A stretch of 64,000 bases of DNA, taken from assembly GCA_937991645.1 (NCBI GenBank), contig CALKPL010000037.1:9168-73167 (forward strand), in the 5' to 3' direction. The first letter of the stretch is position 1, and each line of letters starts with the position of its first letter. Under the pieces are notes generated by a model that saw nothing but the letters and a program-made list of their open reading frames with translations, was not told the DNA's origin and made no database searches. The position numbers were made by a program, and so were the translations under genes. Positions 1-7,756 of the stretch are shown here, piece after piece. The DNA is from an uncultured Clostridia bacterium. GTDB taxonomy: Bacteria > Bacillota > Clostridia > Oscillospirales > UMGS1783.

Positions 1-635
1 GCGATAAAACTTGCCACAAACAGCACCCCGAACGCCGTCAGGGACACAATCGCCGTATTGCGCAGCCGTCTTCTGCGCCGAGGCGGGATAGCCGGATGAA
101 AGCCGGGTCCGGGCCGGTGCGCGCCGCTGATGCAGTTTTTCTGGAAATGCAGAAACGCCTTTGCCCATTGTACCACATACAGGTGACTGTACACGGTCGC
201 AATGGCGGCGAGCACGCCGAGCGCAATGAGCGCCAGCCCAAGCGGGATGGCTGCGAACAGCGGCGCCGCTGGCAATCCGCCGGCCTGGAACATTAGCCCC
301 AGTCCGGCCGCGGCGCTCGCGGCGGCAAATGCGCCGAGCGCTATTACCCACCCATATAAAACGGTAAACAGAAGCGCCAGAACAAAATCCAGCAGCCCGA
401 ACCCGAATTTGAGTACGCCGCGCCCCATGCGTCGGCTCCCGGTCTGCGCCTGCAGATACTGCTCTGCGATCTGTTCCGGGCTGCCGAGTTTGTCGGCCAC
501 TTCTTCTTCTGTAAATCCGTCCGCGGTCTTGTAGGTGAAATGCGCGTCGTATTCCGCCACGATATCATCAATATCCGGCGTATTCTGCCTTTTCAGAAGC
601 TGTGTAAGTTCGTTTAAATATGCTTCTCTGGTCAT
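1..635 (-). CDS. DUF1700-type membrane protein (PadR-associated); 3' end cut by window edge
   Basis: Minus strand from ATG at 635 reads MTREAYLNELTQLLKRQNTPDIDDIVAEYDAHFTYKTADGFTEEEVADKLGSPEQIAEQYL, followed by hydrophobic helices. It stays open to position 1. ATGA overlap with the padR stop. Absent from the ORF track because no stop lies inside the window. Confidence 0.6.
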   Translation of the reverse strand, partial: MTREAYLNELTQLLKRQNTPDIDDIVAEYDAHFTYKTADGFTEEEVADKLGSPEQIAEQYLQAQTGSRRMGRGVLKFGFGLLDFVLALLFTVLYGWVIALGAFAAASAAAGLGLMFQAGGLPAAPLFAAIPLGLALIALGVLAAIATVYSHLYVVQWAKAFLHFQKNCISGAHRPGPGFHPAIPPRRRRRLRNTAIVSLTAFGVLFVASFI

Positions 636-949
636 GCCTGTTCCTCCTCCAATAATTCCCGAACCGTCCCGGCGAACGCGAGCCATTCGGCGCGCGCGCG
701 CCGGTATTCCGTTTCGCCCAGCTGTGTGAGCCTGTAATATTTGCGCGGCGGGCCGCCGCTGTCCTCGGACAGATAGGTCGTCACCAATCCCTCCGTCTTC
801 AGCTTGCGCAGGATGGGGTAGACCGTCCCGTCGGAAATGTCGATTTTGCGGGACAAAAGCTCCGAGATGTCGTAGCCATAACGGTCGCCCCTGCTGAGCA
901 ATGCCAGCACGCAGAGTTCCAGGACCCCTTTTTTGTACTGTACATTCAA
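632..949 (-). CDS. PadR family transcriptional regulator
   Basis: 105 aa: MNVQYKKGVLELCVLALLSRGDRYGYDISE...DGTVYPILRKLKTEGLV, a typical PadR winged helix. TTG start with an AAGAGG RBS. Confidence 0.9.
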   Translation of the reverse strand: MNVQYKKGVLELCVLALLSRGDRYGYDISELLSRKIDISDGTVYPILRKLKTEGLVTTYLSEDSGGPPRKYYRLTQLGETEYRRARAEWLAFAGTVRELLEEEQA

Positions 950-981
950 ATCGTATCGCCTCTTTCTCTATACTGGCTTAC

Positions 982-1017
982 ATCCACTACTATACAATAA
1001 ATAGTAGTGGATGTCAA
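982..1017 (-). promoter_or_regulatory. padR promoter (TTGACA-17-TATAGT) overlapped by a perfect 12-7-12 inverted repeat, a candidate PadR operator
   Basis: ATCCACTACTAT (982-993) and ATAGTAGTGGAT (1001-1012) are perfect inverted repeats. On the minus strand, TTGACA lies at 1017-1012 and TATAGT at 994-989 with a 17-nt spacer. Confidence 0.65.
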
Positions 1018-1030
1018 GAGGATAAGTATA

Positions 1031-1077
1031 TTTTTTTCAAAACACAGCGCGGGCGGACCTGTTTTCCAGGTCCGCCC
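1031..1077 (-). terminator. hairpin downstream of spoIVA
   Basis: GGGCGGACCTG/CAGGTCCGCCC 11-bp stem (1051-1077). On the minus strand it is followed by GCGCTGTGTTTTG. Confidence 0.5.
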
Positions 1078-1153
1078 GGCGTACTATTTGCAGGTTTGCC
1101 GTTTCAGATTCGCCAGAGTTTGCATAGCGCTTATGCCTTCGCCATATTTCTGT

Positions 1154-2632
1154 TTACAGGATAATACAGATCAGGCCGTCGCTGCCTTCGTTGATGACGC
1201 GCTGCAGCGTCTCCTGCATTTTTTCGCGCGCCTCGCCCGGCATTTTATAGAGCTTGTTGAGCATACCGTCGTTGACAAGGTCGTACAGGGACTTGCCGAA
1301 AATGTCGGATTCCCATATCTTGGTCGGATTATCCTCGTATTCGCGCAGAATGTCGGTGATCAGGTCTTCCGACTGTTTTTCGGTGCCGACGATGGGGGAG
1401 ACCTCGGTTTCAATGTCGGCGCGGATCATATGGATCGACGGCGCGGAGGCCTTAAGCCGGATGCCGTAGCGTCCGCCCTGCTTGATCAGTTCAGGCTCTT
1501 CCAGGGTCAGTTCCTCGGTCGCAGGCGTCACAATGCCGTAACCGACCGTCTGCGCCTGCATGATGGCGCTGGCGTACTTGTCGTACTCGGTCTTGGCGCG
1601 GGAGAGTTGGGTGAGGGTGAGCATCAGGTCTCCTTCGTTCTTGATGTCAAGCCCGGTGGTCTGGGCGAGCACTTCATAAAACAGCCCGGCCCGGACCTGG
1701 ACGTCGATGACTGCGCTGCCGCGGCCGAGGTCGACGGTTTTGACCTGCGCTTCGGTGATGTATTCGTTGTCGGTCAGGCAGGCGCTGTAATCGCGAATCT
1801 GCTTGACTTTCTGAATCTGCGCCGACTGTTCCATAATGGTGCTGTAGAAAGAGCGTTTGATTTCGCTGTCCTCGTCGAGCACTTCAATCCAGGTTGGAAT
1901 GTTTACGCCGATCTCCTTGACCGGGAATTCGAACAGGATCGTTTCAAGAATGTCCTTGATGTCGCTTTCCGTCAGCTCAAGGCAGTTGACAGGCAGGACG
2001 GGCACGCCGTATTTCTGCTCCATCGCGTCGGCAAGCCGTCTGGAATCGGACGCGGCGGGGTCGAAGCAGTTGAGGACGACGACGAAGGGCTTCCCGATCT
2101 CCGTGAGTTCCGCGACGACGCGCTGCTCCGCCTCCTCATACTCGCCGCGCGGCAGCTCGCCGAAACTGCCGTCGGTCGTAACGACCAGGCCGATGGTCGA
2201 GTGGTCGGTGATAACTTTTTTCGTGCCGATCTCAGCCGCCATGTTAAAGGGCACGGGCTTTTCAAACCAGGGGGTCATGACCATGCGCGGCATGTCGTTT
2301 TCAATATACCCGAGCGCGCTCGGCACGATATAGCCGACACAGTCGATCATCTTAACGCGGAAGGACGCGTTGTCGGAAAGATCGACGCGCACCGCCTCGT
2401 CCGGAATGAACTTGGGCTCTGCGGTCATAATGGTCCTGCCCGCCGCGCTCTGGGGCAGCTCATCCACGGCCCGTTCACGCTGGAATTCGTTTTGGATATT
2501 GGGAATCACCAGCGTCTCCATGAACTTTTTAATAAAGGTGGATTTTCCGGAGCGCACCGGGCCGACGACGCCGATGTAGATGTCGCCCTGGGTTCTTTTG
2601 CTTATATCGCTGTAAAGTCTGCTTGTATCCAT
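1154..2632 (-). CDS. spoIVA: stage IV sporulation protein A (spore-coat morphogenetic ATPase)
   Basis: ORF 1154..2758. Walker A GVVGPVRSGKST and full-length SpoIVA-like sequence. Start moved to MDTSRLYSD (ATG 2632) behind a GGGGGAG RBS, giving about 492 aa. Confidence 0.95.
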   Translation of the reverse strand: MDTSRLYSDISKRTQGDIYIGVVGPVRSGKSTFIKKFMETLVIPNIQNEFQRERAVDELPQSAAGRTIMTAEPKFIPDEAVRVDLSDNASFRVKMIDCVGYIVPSALGYIENDMPRMVMTPWFEKPVPFNMAAEIGTKKVITDHSTIGLVVTTDGSFGELPRGEYEEAEQRVVAELTEIGKPFVVVLNCFDPAASDSRRLADAMEQKYGVPVLPVNCLELTESDIKDILETILFEFPVKEIGVNIPTWIEVLDEDSEIKRSFYSTIMEQSAQIQKVKQIRDYSACLTDNEYITEAQVKTVDLGRGSAVIDVQVRAGLFYEVLAQTTGLDIKNEGDLMLTLTQLSRAKTEYDKYASAIMQAQTVGYGIVTPATEELTLEEPELIKQGGRYGIRLKASAPSIHMIRADIETEVSPIVGTEKQSEDLITDILREYEDNPTKIWESDIFGKSLYDLVNDGMLNKLYKMPGEAREKMQETLQRVINEGSDGLICIIL

Positions 2633-2659
2633 TGAAACTACTCCCCCAATCCTTTTGTC

Positions 2660-2695
2660 GGTAAATACTATTGCAGGCCCGGCGAAAATATGCAG
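2660..2695 (-). promoter_or_regulatory. possible sigma-E-type promoter of spoIVA
   Basis: Minus strand reads GCATATT-13 nt-CAATAGTA, resembling the B. subtilis sigma-E consensus (ATATT / CATACA-T). About 26 nt upstream of the start codon. Confidence 0.3.
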
Positions 2696-2787
2696 GGAAA
2701 CGAAAAATATGTGGACGGCGTTTTTTGCTTTCTCTGTTCTAAATGCGGCGCTGCGCAAATATCCTGTAACAAAGGGAGGACAACCCT

Positions 2788-3831
2788 ATGGATAACGCAA
2801 GCGCATTTTCACAGGTTTTACGGTTTCTGGAAGAGGGCCTGGCCGATCTCGTCTCCAATATTCCGGAGTTCCGCCGGCGGGAGATCACCGAGCTTCGGCT
2901 GCGGACGGGCCGGCCGCTGTCGGTGGTATTCGGCTGTGACAGCCTCTTTCTATCTGTACGCGGGGAGCTGACGGAACATGCCGGCGGCGCGTATATTTGT
3001 ACGGGCGCCGAATTGCAGGATACCTTTTATAAGCTGTGCCGCAATTCGGTCTACGCCTATGAACAGGAGCTCAAGGAGGGTTTTGTCACCATCCCCGGCG
3101 GCCACCGCTGCGGTTTTGCCGGCCGGACGGTGGTGCAGGACGGCGCGGTAACGGGCCTGCGCGAAATTTCCTCCATCAACATCCGTATCGCGCGTCAGAT
3201 CGTCGGCTGCGCGGATGGGATTCTGCCCTACATATACGACCGCAGCGGGCTCAGGTCAGGCCTGATCGTGTCCCCGCCCGGCGGCGGAAAGACGACGGTG
3301 CTCAAGGACCTGATTCGGTCCCTGTCCTACGCGGGCCGCAAGGTCGCCGTCGTGGACGAGCGGGGGGAGCTTGCCTCCATGTTTGGCGGCGTGCCGCAAA
3401 ACGATCTGGGCCCGCTTGTGGACGTGCTGGACGGCACGCCGAAAAAAGAGGGGATCCTGCAGGCGCTGCGCTGCCTGTCCCCGGACGTGATCGTGTTTGA
3501 CGAACTGGGCGACGAAGCCGAAGCTGAAGCCGTGCTGCAGGGCATGGGCGCGGGCGTGCCGGTCGTCCTTTCGCTGCACGCGCGCAGCGCGGAGGAGGCG
3601 GCCCGGCGGCCCCAGGCGGCAAAGCTGCTCGCGGCGGGCGCGATCGACGTGATCGCGGTCCTGGAGGGGGCCCGCCGTCCGGGCGTTGTACGGGAAGTGC
3701 TGCGCGTGCAGCGGACGCGTGGAGAAAAGGAAGGTGTGAGATATGAAAATTGCAGGGATACTGCTTCTGTTCGCAGCCGCAGGTTTGGCTGGGTTCCTGA
3801 AAGCTGCGGGTCTGCACCGCAGGACGCTTGA
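2788..3831 (+). CDS. spoIIIAA: stage III sporulation protein AA (ATPase)
   Basis: 347 aa with Walker A SPPGGGKTT. First gene of an eight-gene spoIIIA-ordered cluster. RBS AAAGGGAGG. Confidence 0.9.
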   Translation: MDNASAFSQVLRFLEEGLADLVSNIPEFRRREITELRLRTGRPLSVVFGCDSLFLSVRGELTEHAGGAYICTGAELQDTFYKLCRNSVYAYEQELKEGFVTIPGGHRCGFAGRTVVQDGAVTGLREISSINIRIARQIVGCADGILPYIYDRSGLRSGLIVSPPGGGKTTVLKDLIRSLSYAGRKVAVVDERGELASMFGGVPQNDLGPLVDVLDGTPKKEGILQALRCLSPDVIVFDELGDEAEAEAVLQGMGAGVPVVLSLHARSAEEAARRPQAAKLLAAGAIDVIAVLEGARRPGVVREVLRVQRTRGEKEGVRYENCRDTASVRSRRFGWVPESCGSAPQDA

Positions 3832-4237
3832 ACTGGACGGCCTGATCCAGCTTGTCGGCCGCATCCACAGCGAGATCCGCTATTTTCGCACGCCGGCGCT
3901 GGAGCTTGTGCAGCGGCTGACCGGCCTGCATGAGTTTGAAAAGTACAGGGTGATCGCGGCCTTCCACGAACGTCTGGCCCATGCGCCGGACCTGGCCGCC
4001 GCCTGGGCGGAAACGCCCGCGTCGCAGCTCACGGACGACGACAGGCTGGTCGTGGACGAGTTCGTCGCCGCGTTCGGGAAGACAGACCTTGCAGGTCAGT
4101 GCGACGTGTGCGCGGGCACGGCCGATCGCCTGCGCCGCCAGCGCGAGGAAGCAGCGGCGGCGTGCGGCGCCAAGGCGCGTCTGTATCGCTCCTTGGGCCT
4201 GCTCGGCGGCGCGCTGATCGCGGTCGTTCTGATCTGA
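3743..4237 (+). CDS. spoIIIAB: stage III sporulation protein AB
   Basis: 164 aa with an N-terminal TM helix (MKIAGILLLFAAAGLAGF). Position and size match SpoIIIAB. Overlaps the spoIIIAA 3' end by 89 nt. Confidence 0.85.
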   Translation: MKIAGILLLFAAAGLAGFLKAAGLHRRTLELDGLIQLVGRIHSEIRYFRTPALELVQRLTGLHEFEKYRVIAAFHERLAHAPDLAAAWAETPASQLTDDDRLVVDEFVAAFGKTDLAGQCDVCAGTADRLRRQREEAAAACGAKARLYRSLGLLGGALIAVVLI

Positions 4238-4264
4238 CACTATAGAGGGACGGAGAAAACGGAT

Positions 4265-4459
4265 ATGGATGTGGATTTAATCTTTAAAATCGCGGCTGTC
4301 GGCATCGTCGTGACAGTCTTAAACCAGATACTCATGCGTTCGGGCCGGGAGGACCAGGCCATGCTGACGGCCCTTGCCGGCGTGATCGTCGTGCTGCTCA
4401 TGCTTGTACAGGAGATCAAGGTATTGTTCGATACCGTGAAATCCGTGTTTGGGTTGTGA
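4265..4459 (+). CDS. spoIIIAC: stage III sporulation protein AC
   Basis: 64-aa two-TM protein: IFKIAAVGIVVTVLNQILMRSGREDQAMLTALAGVIVV. Confidence 0.9.
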   Translation: MDVDLIFKIAAVGIVVTVLNQILMRSGREDQAMLTALAGVIVVLLMLVQEIKVLFDTVKSVFGL

Positions 4460-4463
4460 TGGT

Positions 4464-4853
4464 ATGACGTTTTTACAGATTGCGGGGGTCGGCCTTGTCA
4501 TCTGCGCCTTTGCGGTTATGCTGCGCTCCTACCGTTCGGAGTACGCCCTGTTTGTCGCCATAGCGGGCGGCGTCGTCTTTCTCGCGGCCGTAGTGGCCGG
4601 AGTGGACCAGGTGCTCTCCTATGCGCAGGGACTGCTGGACAGCTACAATATTCCAGGCCAGGCCTTCGTTATCCTCATCAAATGCCTCGGCATTTCGTAT
4701 ATAGCGAAGATCGCGGGGGATATGTGCAACGACTGCGGGGAGACGGCCATCGGCTCCAAAATCGAGCTTGCGGCCAAGGTCGCGATCCTCATCACGGCCA
4801 TCCCGCTGTTCGACGGGCTGCTGTCGACGATCAACCTGTTCGCCGGCGGCTGA
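4464..4853 (+). CDS. spoIIIAD: stage III sporulation protein AD
   Basis: Polytopic membrane protein. ATG at 4464 (MTFLQIAGVG) chosen inside ORF 4449..4853. Confidence 0.85.
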   Translation: MTFLQIAGVGLVICAFAVMLRSYRSEYALFVAIAGGVVFLAAVVAGVDQVLSYAQGLLDSYNIPGQAFVILIKCLGISYIAKIAGDMCNDCGETAIGSKIELAAKVAILITAIPLFDGLLSTINLFAGG

Positions 4854-4868
4854 GCGTAAGGGGGAAGT

Positions 4869-6029
4869 GTGAAATACAAGATGAAGAAACGACTGCTGTG
4901 TATCGTAGCGTCGCTGCTGCTGCTCATTCTGCCCGCGCGCGCGGCCGAGCCCGTCTCGGCGGCCGGGCTGAACGCGGACGAACTGTATGCAGAAAAGGCC
5001 GAGCAGTTCGGGCTTTCAGACCTGTACGACGGCGCGCCGGATGAAGTCCAGGACCAGCTCGGGCAGGCCGATCTCACGTCGGAGGGCGTACAGAACCTTT
5101 TGAGCTGGGAGAAAGTCGTCAATTTTTTAACCGACAACCTGGTCGAAGCGCTCAAGGACAATATGGGCGTCATCTTCAGCCTGTTCGCCCTGCTGATCGT
5201 CATGGCGATCTACGAGATTCTGCGCGACTCGTTCAACGAACGGGGGAGCGGCCGGCTGCTCGACTTTGCCTGCGCGGGCGCGGCGGCGCTGATCGTGTGC
5301 CAACCCTTCTATTCCCGCGTAAACGAGCTGACGACGGCCGCGACGCAGATGTCGGATTACATGGAAATCTCAGTGCCGGTGCTCACCTCTCTGCTCGCAG
5401 CGTCGGGGAATGTGACGAGCGCGACGGTGCTGCATCTGTTCCTCTACAACGCAACAGTGTATGCGGGCGGGCTGTTCTCCAGCTTCCTTCTGCCTCTCGC
5501 CGGCACGTATATCTGCCTGGGTATCGCCTCCGCTGTGACGGAAAACGAGGGCCTGAAGACTATGACCCTGGGCCTGCGTACCTTTGTCAACCGCTGTATC
5601 ATGATCCTTACCGTCGCCTTCACCGGCCTGCTCTCGCTGCAGACGGCCATCACCGGCGCGGGCGATTCGCTTTCCAGGCGCGCGTTGAAAATGGCGGTTG
5701 GGTCCTTTCTGCCGGTGACGGGCAATATCATGTCCGACTCGGTCGACACCCTTATGAGCAGCCTCGGCATCATCAAGTCGGTCGCAGGCGTATTCAGCAT
5801 TATCGTAGTATTCTATCTGATCGTAGTGCCTGTAATCAAAATGGCGGTCAACTTTATCTCCCTCAAGCTCGCCTGTTTTGCGGGCGATATCCTGGGTTCC
5901 GGACGGGTGCGGTCCATGCTGTCGATCATTGCGGACGGCTACAGCCTGCTTATTGCCATTGCATGCGGGCTCATGGCGATGTTTATCGTCTGCATCGCGA
6001 TTCTACTGAAAGCGGGTGGTTCCGGATGA
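4869..6029 (+). CDS. spoIIIAE: stage III sporulation protein AE
   Basis: 386 aa with a signal peptide and multiple TM helices. Start is ambiguous (GTG 4869 or ATG 4881). Confidence 0.9.
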   Translation: MKYKMKKRLLCIVASLLLLILPARAAEPVSAAGLNADELYAEKAEQFGLSDLYDGAPDEVQDQLGQADLTSEGVQNLLSWEKVVNFLTDNLVEALKDNMGVIFSLFALLIVMAIYEILRDSFNERGSGRLLDFACAGAAALIVCQPFYSRVNELTTAATQMSDYMEISVPVLTSLLAASGNVTSATVLHLFLYNATVYAGGLFSSFLLPLAGTYICLGIASAVTENEGLKTMTLGLRTFVNRCIMILTVAFTGLLSLQTAITGAGDSLSRRALKMAVGSFLPVTGNIMSDSVDTLMSSLGIIKSVAGVFSIIVVFYLIVVPVIKMAVNFISLKLACFAGDILGSGRVRSMLSIIADGYSLLIAIACGLMAMFIVCIAILLKAGGSG

Positions 6030-6490
6030 GTCTGTTCAGCGAATACATAAGAGTCGTCATCGGCGCGGCGGTCATCTGCGGCATGGTCACGCTGCTCGTG
6101 CCCAAGGGCCATTATGAAAAGGCCTTCCGGCTCATCACGGGCGTGTTCCTGCTCTTCTGTATGGTGACGCCCGTATCCAGGGGCCTGGGCAGCCTGAAGG
6201 ACTTTGACTTTTCCGTGGACTTTGAAGACGTGCCCGCGCTGGAGGAAGGGGCGTGGGGGCAGTCGGCCATGGTGATGGAACAGCAGCTCAAGAACAGGAT
6301 AGGCGAGTGCGTGCGCACCATCATCGGCGAAGACGCGCTTGCAATCGAAGGCACGGTCTCGTTTATGAACGAACAGTTCTCCGTCGGCGAGGTGACGATC
6401 ACGGTCGGCCCCGAACACGCGGGGAAGTTCGCCGCCATACGCGATTACGTAAAAAAAGAGACGGGTATCGAACCCGAAGTTATATCATAG
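6026..6490 (+). CDS. spoIIIAF: stage III sporulation protein AF
   Basis: MSLFSEYIRVVIGAAVICGMVTLLVP... is the 3' third of ORF 5297..6490. ATGA overlap with the spoIIIAE stop. Confidence 0.8.
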   Translation: MSLFSEYIRVVIGAAVICGMVTLLVPKGHYEKAFRLITGVFLLFCMVTPVSRGLGSLKDFDFSVDFEDVPALEEGAWGQSAMVMEQQLKNRIGECVRTIIGEDALAIEGTVSFMNEQFSVGEVTITVGPEHAGKFAAIRDYVKKETGIEPEVIS

Positions 6491-6506
6491 GGACGAGGTG
6501 AATATA

Positions 6507-7079
6507 ATGAAAAACGGAAAGGCACAGACAGGCGGGCGCCTGGCCGGGTTTTTGAAGAAAAACAACATGGTGCTGCTGCTGGCCTGCGGCGGCGTCCTGC
6601 TGATCCTGTTCGCCTCAACGCTGTTCGGCGGCTCCGGACAGGAGGAGCAGCCGGCTGCTTTTGCATCGGAGACGCTCACAAACGAACAGTTCATAGCGCA
6701 GACGGAGCAAAAGCTGCAAAATATATTGAATGGTATTTCGGGGGTGGAGCGCTGTGAAGTTATGATCACGCTGGAAACCGGAATCGAATACAGGTACGCG
6801 ACCGACGAGACGGACAGCACCACGCAAAACGGCAATACGGCCGGCGACTCGGTCAAGTCGGAATCGAGCCGAGACACGGAAACCAAGATCGCGCGGGTCA
6901 ATGATAAGACGACTGGAGAGAGAGCGCTGATCGTCACCGAAATATATCCGGACATAAACGGGGTGGCGGTCATTTGCGAAGGGAGCAATACGCCCACGCT
7001 GAAGCTGTCCATCATCGAGACAGTGTCCACGGTATTGGGAATCAAAACAAGCCAAGTATGCGTCATTATGAAAGGATAG
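6507..7079 (+). CDS. spoIIIAG: stage III sporulation protein AG
   Basis: ATG 6507 after a GACGAGGTG RBS. One TM helix, then the ring-forming C-terminal domain (ERALIVTEIYPDINGVAVICEG). Confidence 0.85.
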   Translation: MKNGKAQTGGRLAGFLKKNNMVLLLACGGVLLILFASTLFGGSGQEEQPAAFASETLTNEQFIAQTEQKLQNILNGISGVERCEVMITLETGIEYRYATDETDSTTQNGNTAGDSVKSESSRDTETKIARVNDKTTGERALIVTEIYPDINGVAVICEGSNTPTLKLSIIETVSTVLGIKTSQVCVIMKG

Positions 7080-7088
7080 GTGTAACGA

Positions 7089-7628
7089 ATGAAAGCATTC
7101 AAGAAACAAATCATGCTCATAGCGGTCTGCGCCGTGATCTGCATCTCGGTGTTTGTGAGCTGGAAGCTCAATACGCCGGACAACGCCGATGATGCGATGG
7201 ATAAGCTCACGTCCACGCAGCAGCAGGGCGAGGAAGACGGCAGCAAAGTTCTCGGCGAGGCTGAATTTGTCAACAGCACAAGCGAATATTTCAGCAGCGC
7301 GCGCCTCAACCGCCAGGAGACCCGCGACGAGGCCGTCCGTATCCTCAATGAGATCATTGCCAATGAGAGCTCGACGGAGGAAGACCGCGCCGTCGCGCAG
7401 GAAAAACTGCTCGCACTGTCGGATGCGGCGGACGCCGAGGGCCGGATTGAAAATCTGGTCAAGGCCAAGGGTTTTGCCGAATGCGTCGCCATGATCGGCG
7501 AAGAGTCGGTCAACGTCGTCGTGCAGTCCGATGGCCTGGGCGCGGCGGATGTGATCGCCATTAAGGACATCGCCGTGGCTGAAACGGAGCAGACGGCCGA
7601 AAACGTCAAGATTATAGAGAGTAAATAG
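7089..7628 (+). CDS. spoIIIAH: stage III sporulation protein AH
   Basis: 179 aa. N-terminal TM helix and a YscJ/FliF-like C-terminus (IENLVKAKGFAECVAMIGEESVNVVV). Confidence 0.85.
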   Translation: MKAFKKQIMLIAVCAVICISVFVSWKLNTPDNADDAMDKLTSTQQQGEEDGSKVLGEAEFVNSTSEYFSSARLNRQETRDEAVRILNEIIANESSTEEDRAVAQEKLLALSDAADAEGRIENLVKAKGFAECVAMIGEESVNVVVQSDGLGAADVIAIKDIAVAETEQTAENVKIIESK

Positions 7629-7654
7629 TCCTTTCTCGGAGATTGTGTATCATA

Positions 7655-7687
7655 CCCCGGAGGCCCGGCAGGGCTTCCGGGGTTTTC
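7655..7687 (+). terminator. rho-independent terminator of the spoIIIA operon
   Basis: CCCCGGAGGCCC-GGCA-GGGCTTCCGGGG stem followed by TTTTCG. Confidence 0.8.
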
Positions 7688-7691
7688 GCGG

Positions 7692-7732
7692 CGCAAAAAA
7701 AGCGGGAAGGACGGATACTCCGTCCTTCCCGC
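7692..7732 (-). terminator. rho-independent terminator of the glycan operon
   Basis: Perfect 14-bp stem GCGGGAAGGACGGA/TCCGTCCTTCCCGC. On the minus strand it is followed by TTTTTTT. Confidence 0.85.
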
Positions 7733-7756
7733 AGCAGCCCGTTTCCCTGGCGGGAG

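Noticed and set aside
1007-2635. 542-aa plus-strand ORF covering the whole spoIVA region
   Set aside because: It is antisense to a gene with unmistakable SpoIVA sequence. The translation is Arg/Gly/Val/Asp-rich low-complexity sequence, typical of shadow ORFs in GC-rich DNA.
3743-3831. 89-nt overlap of spoIIIAA and spoIIIAB as a possible frameshift or fusion
   Set aside because: SpoIIIAB begins with its expected TM helix at 3743 behind an RBS. The SpoIIIAA tail simply runs on until the first stop in GC-rich sequence. There is no evidence of disruption.
5297-6025. 5' two-thirds of ORF 5297..6490
   Set aside because: It overlaps spoIIIAE out of frame. Only the last 465 nt (from ATG 6026) encode a SpoIIIAF-like protein.
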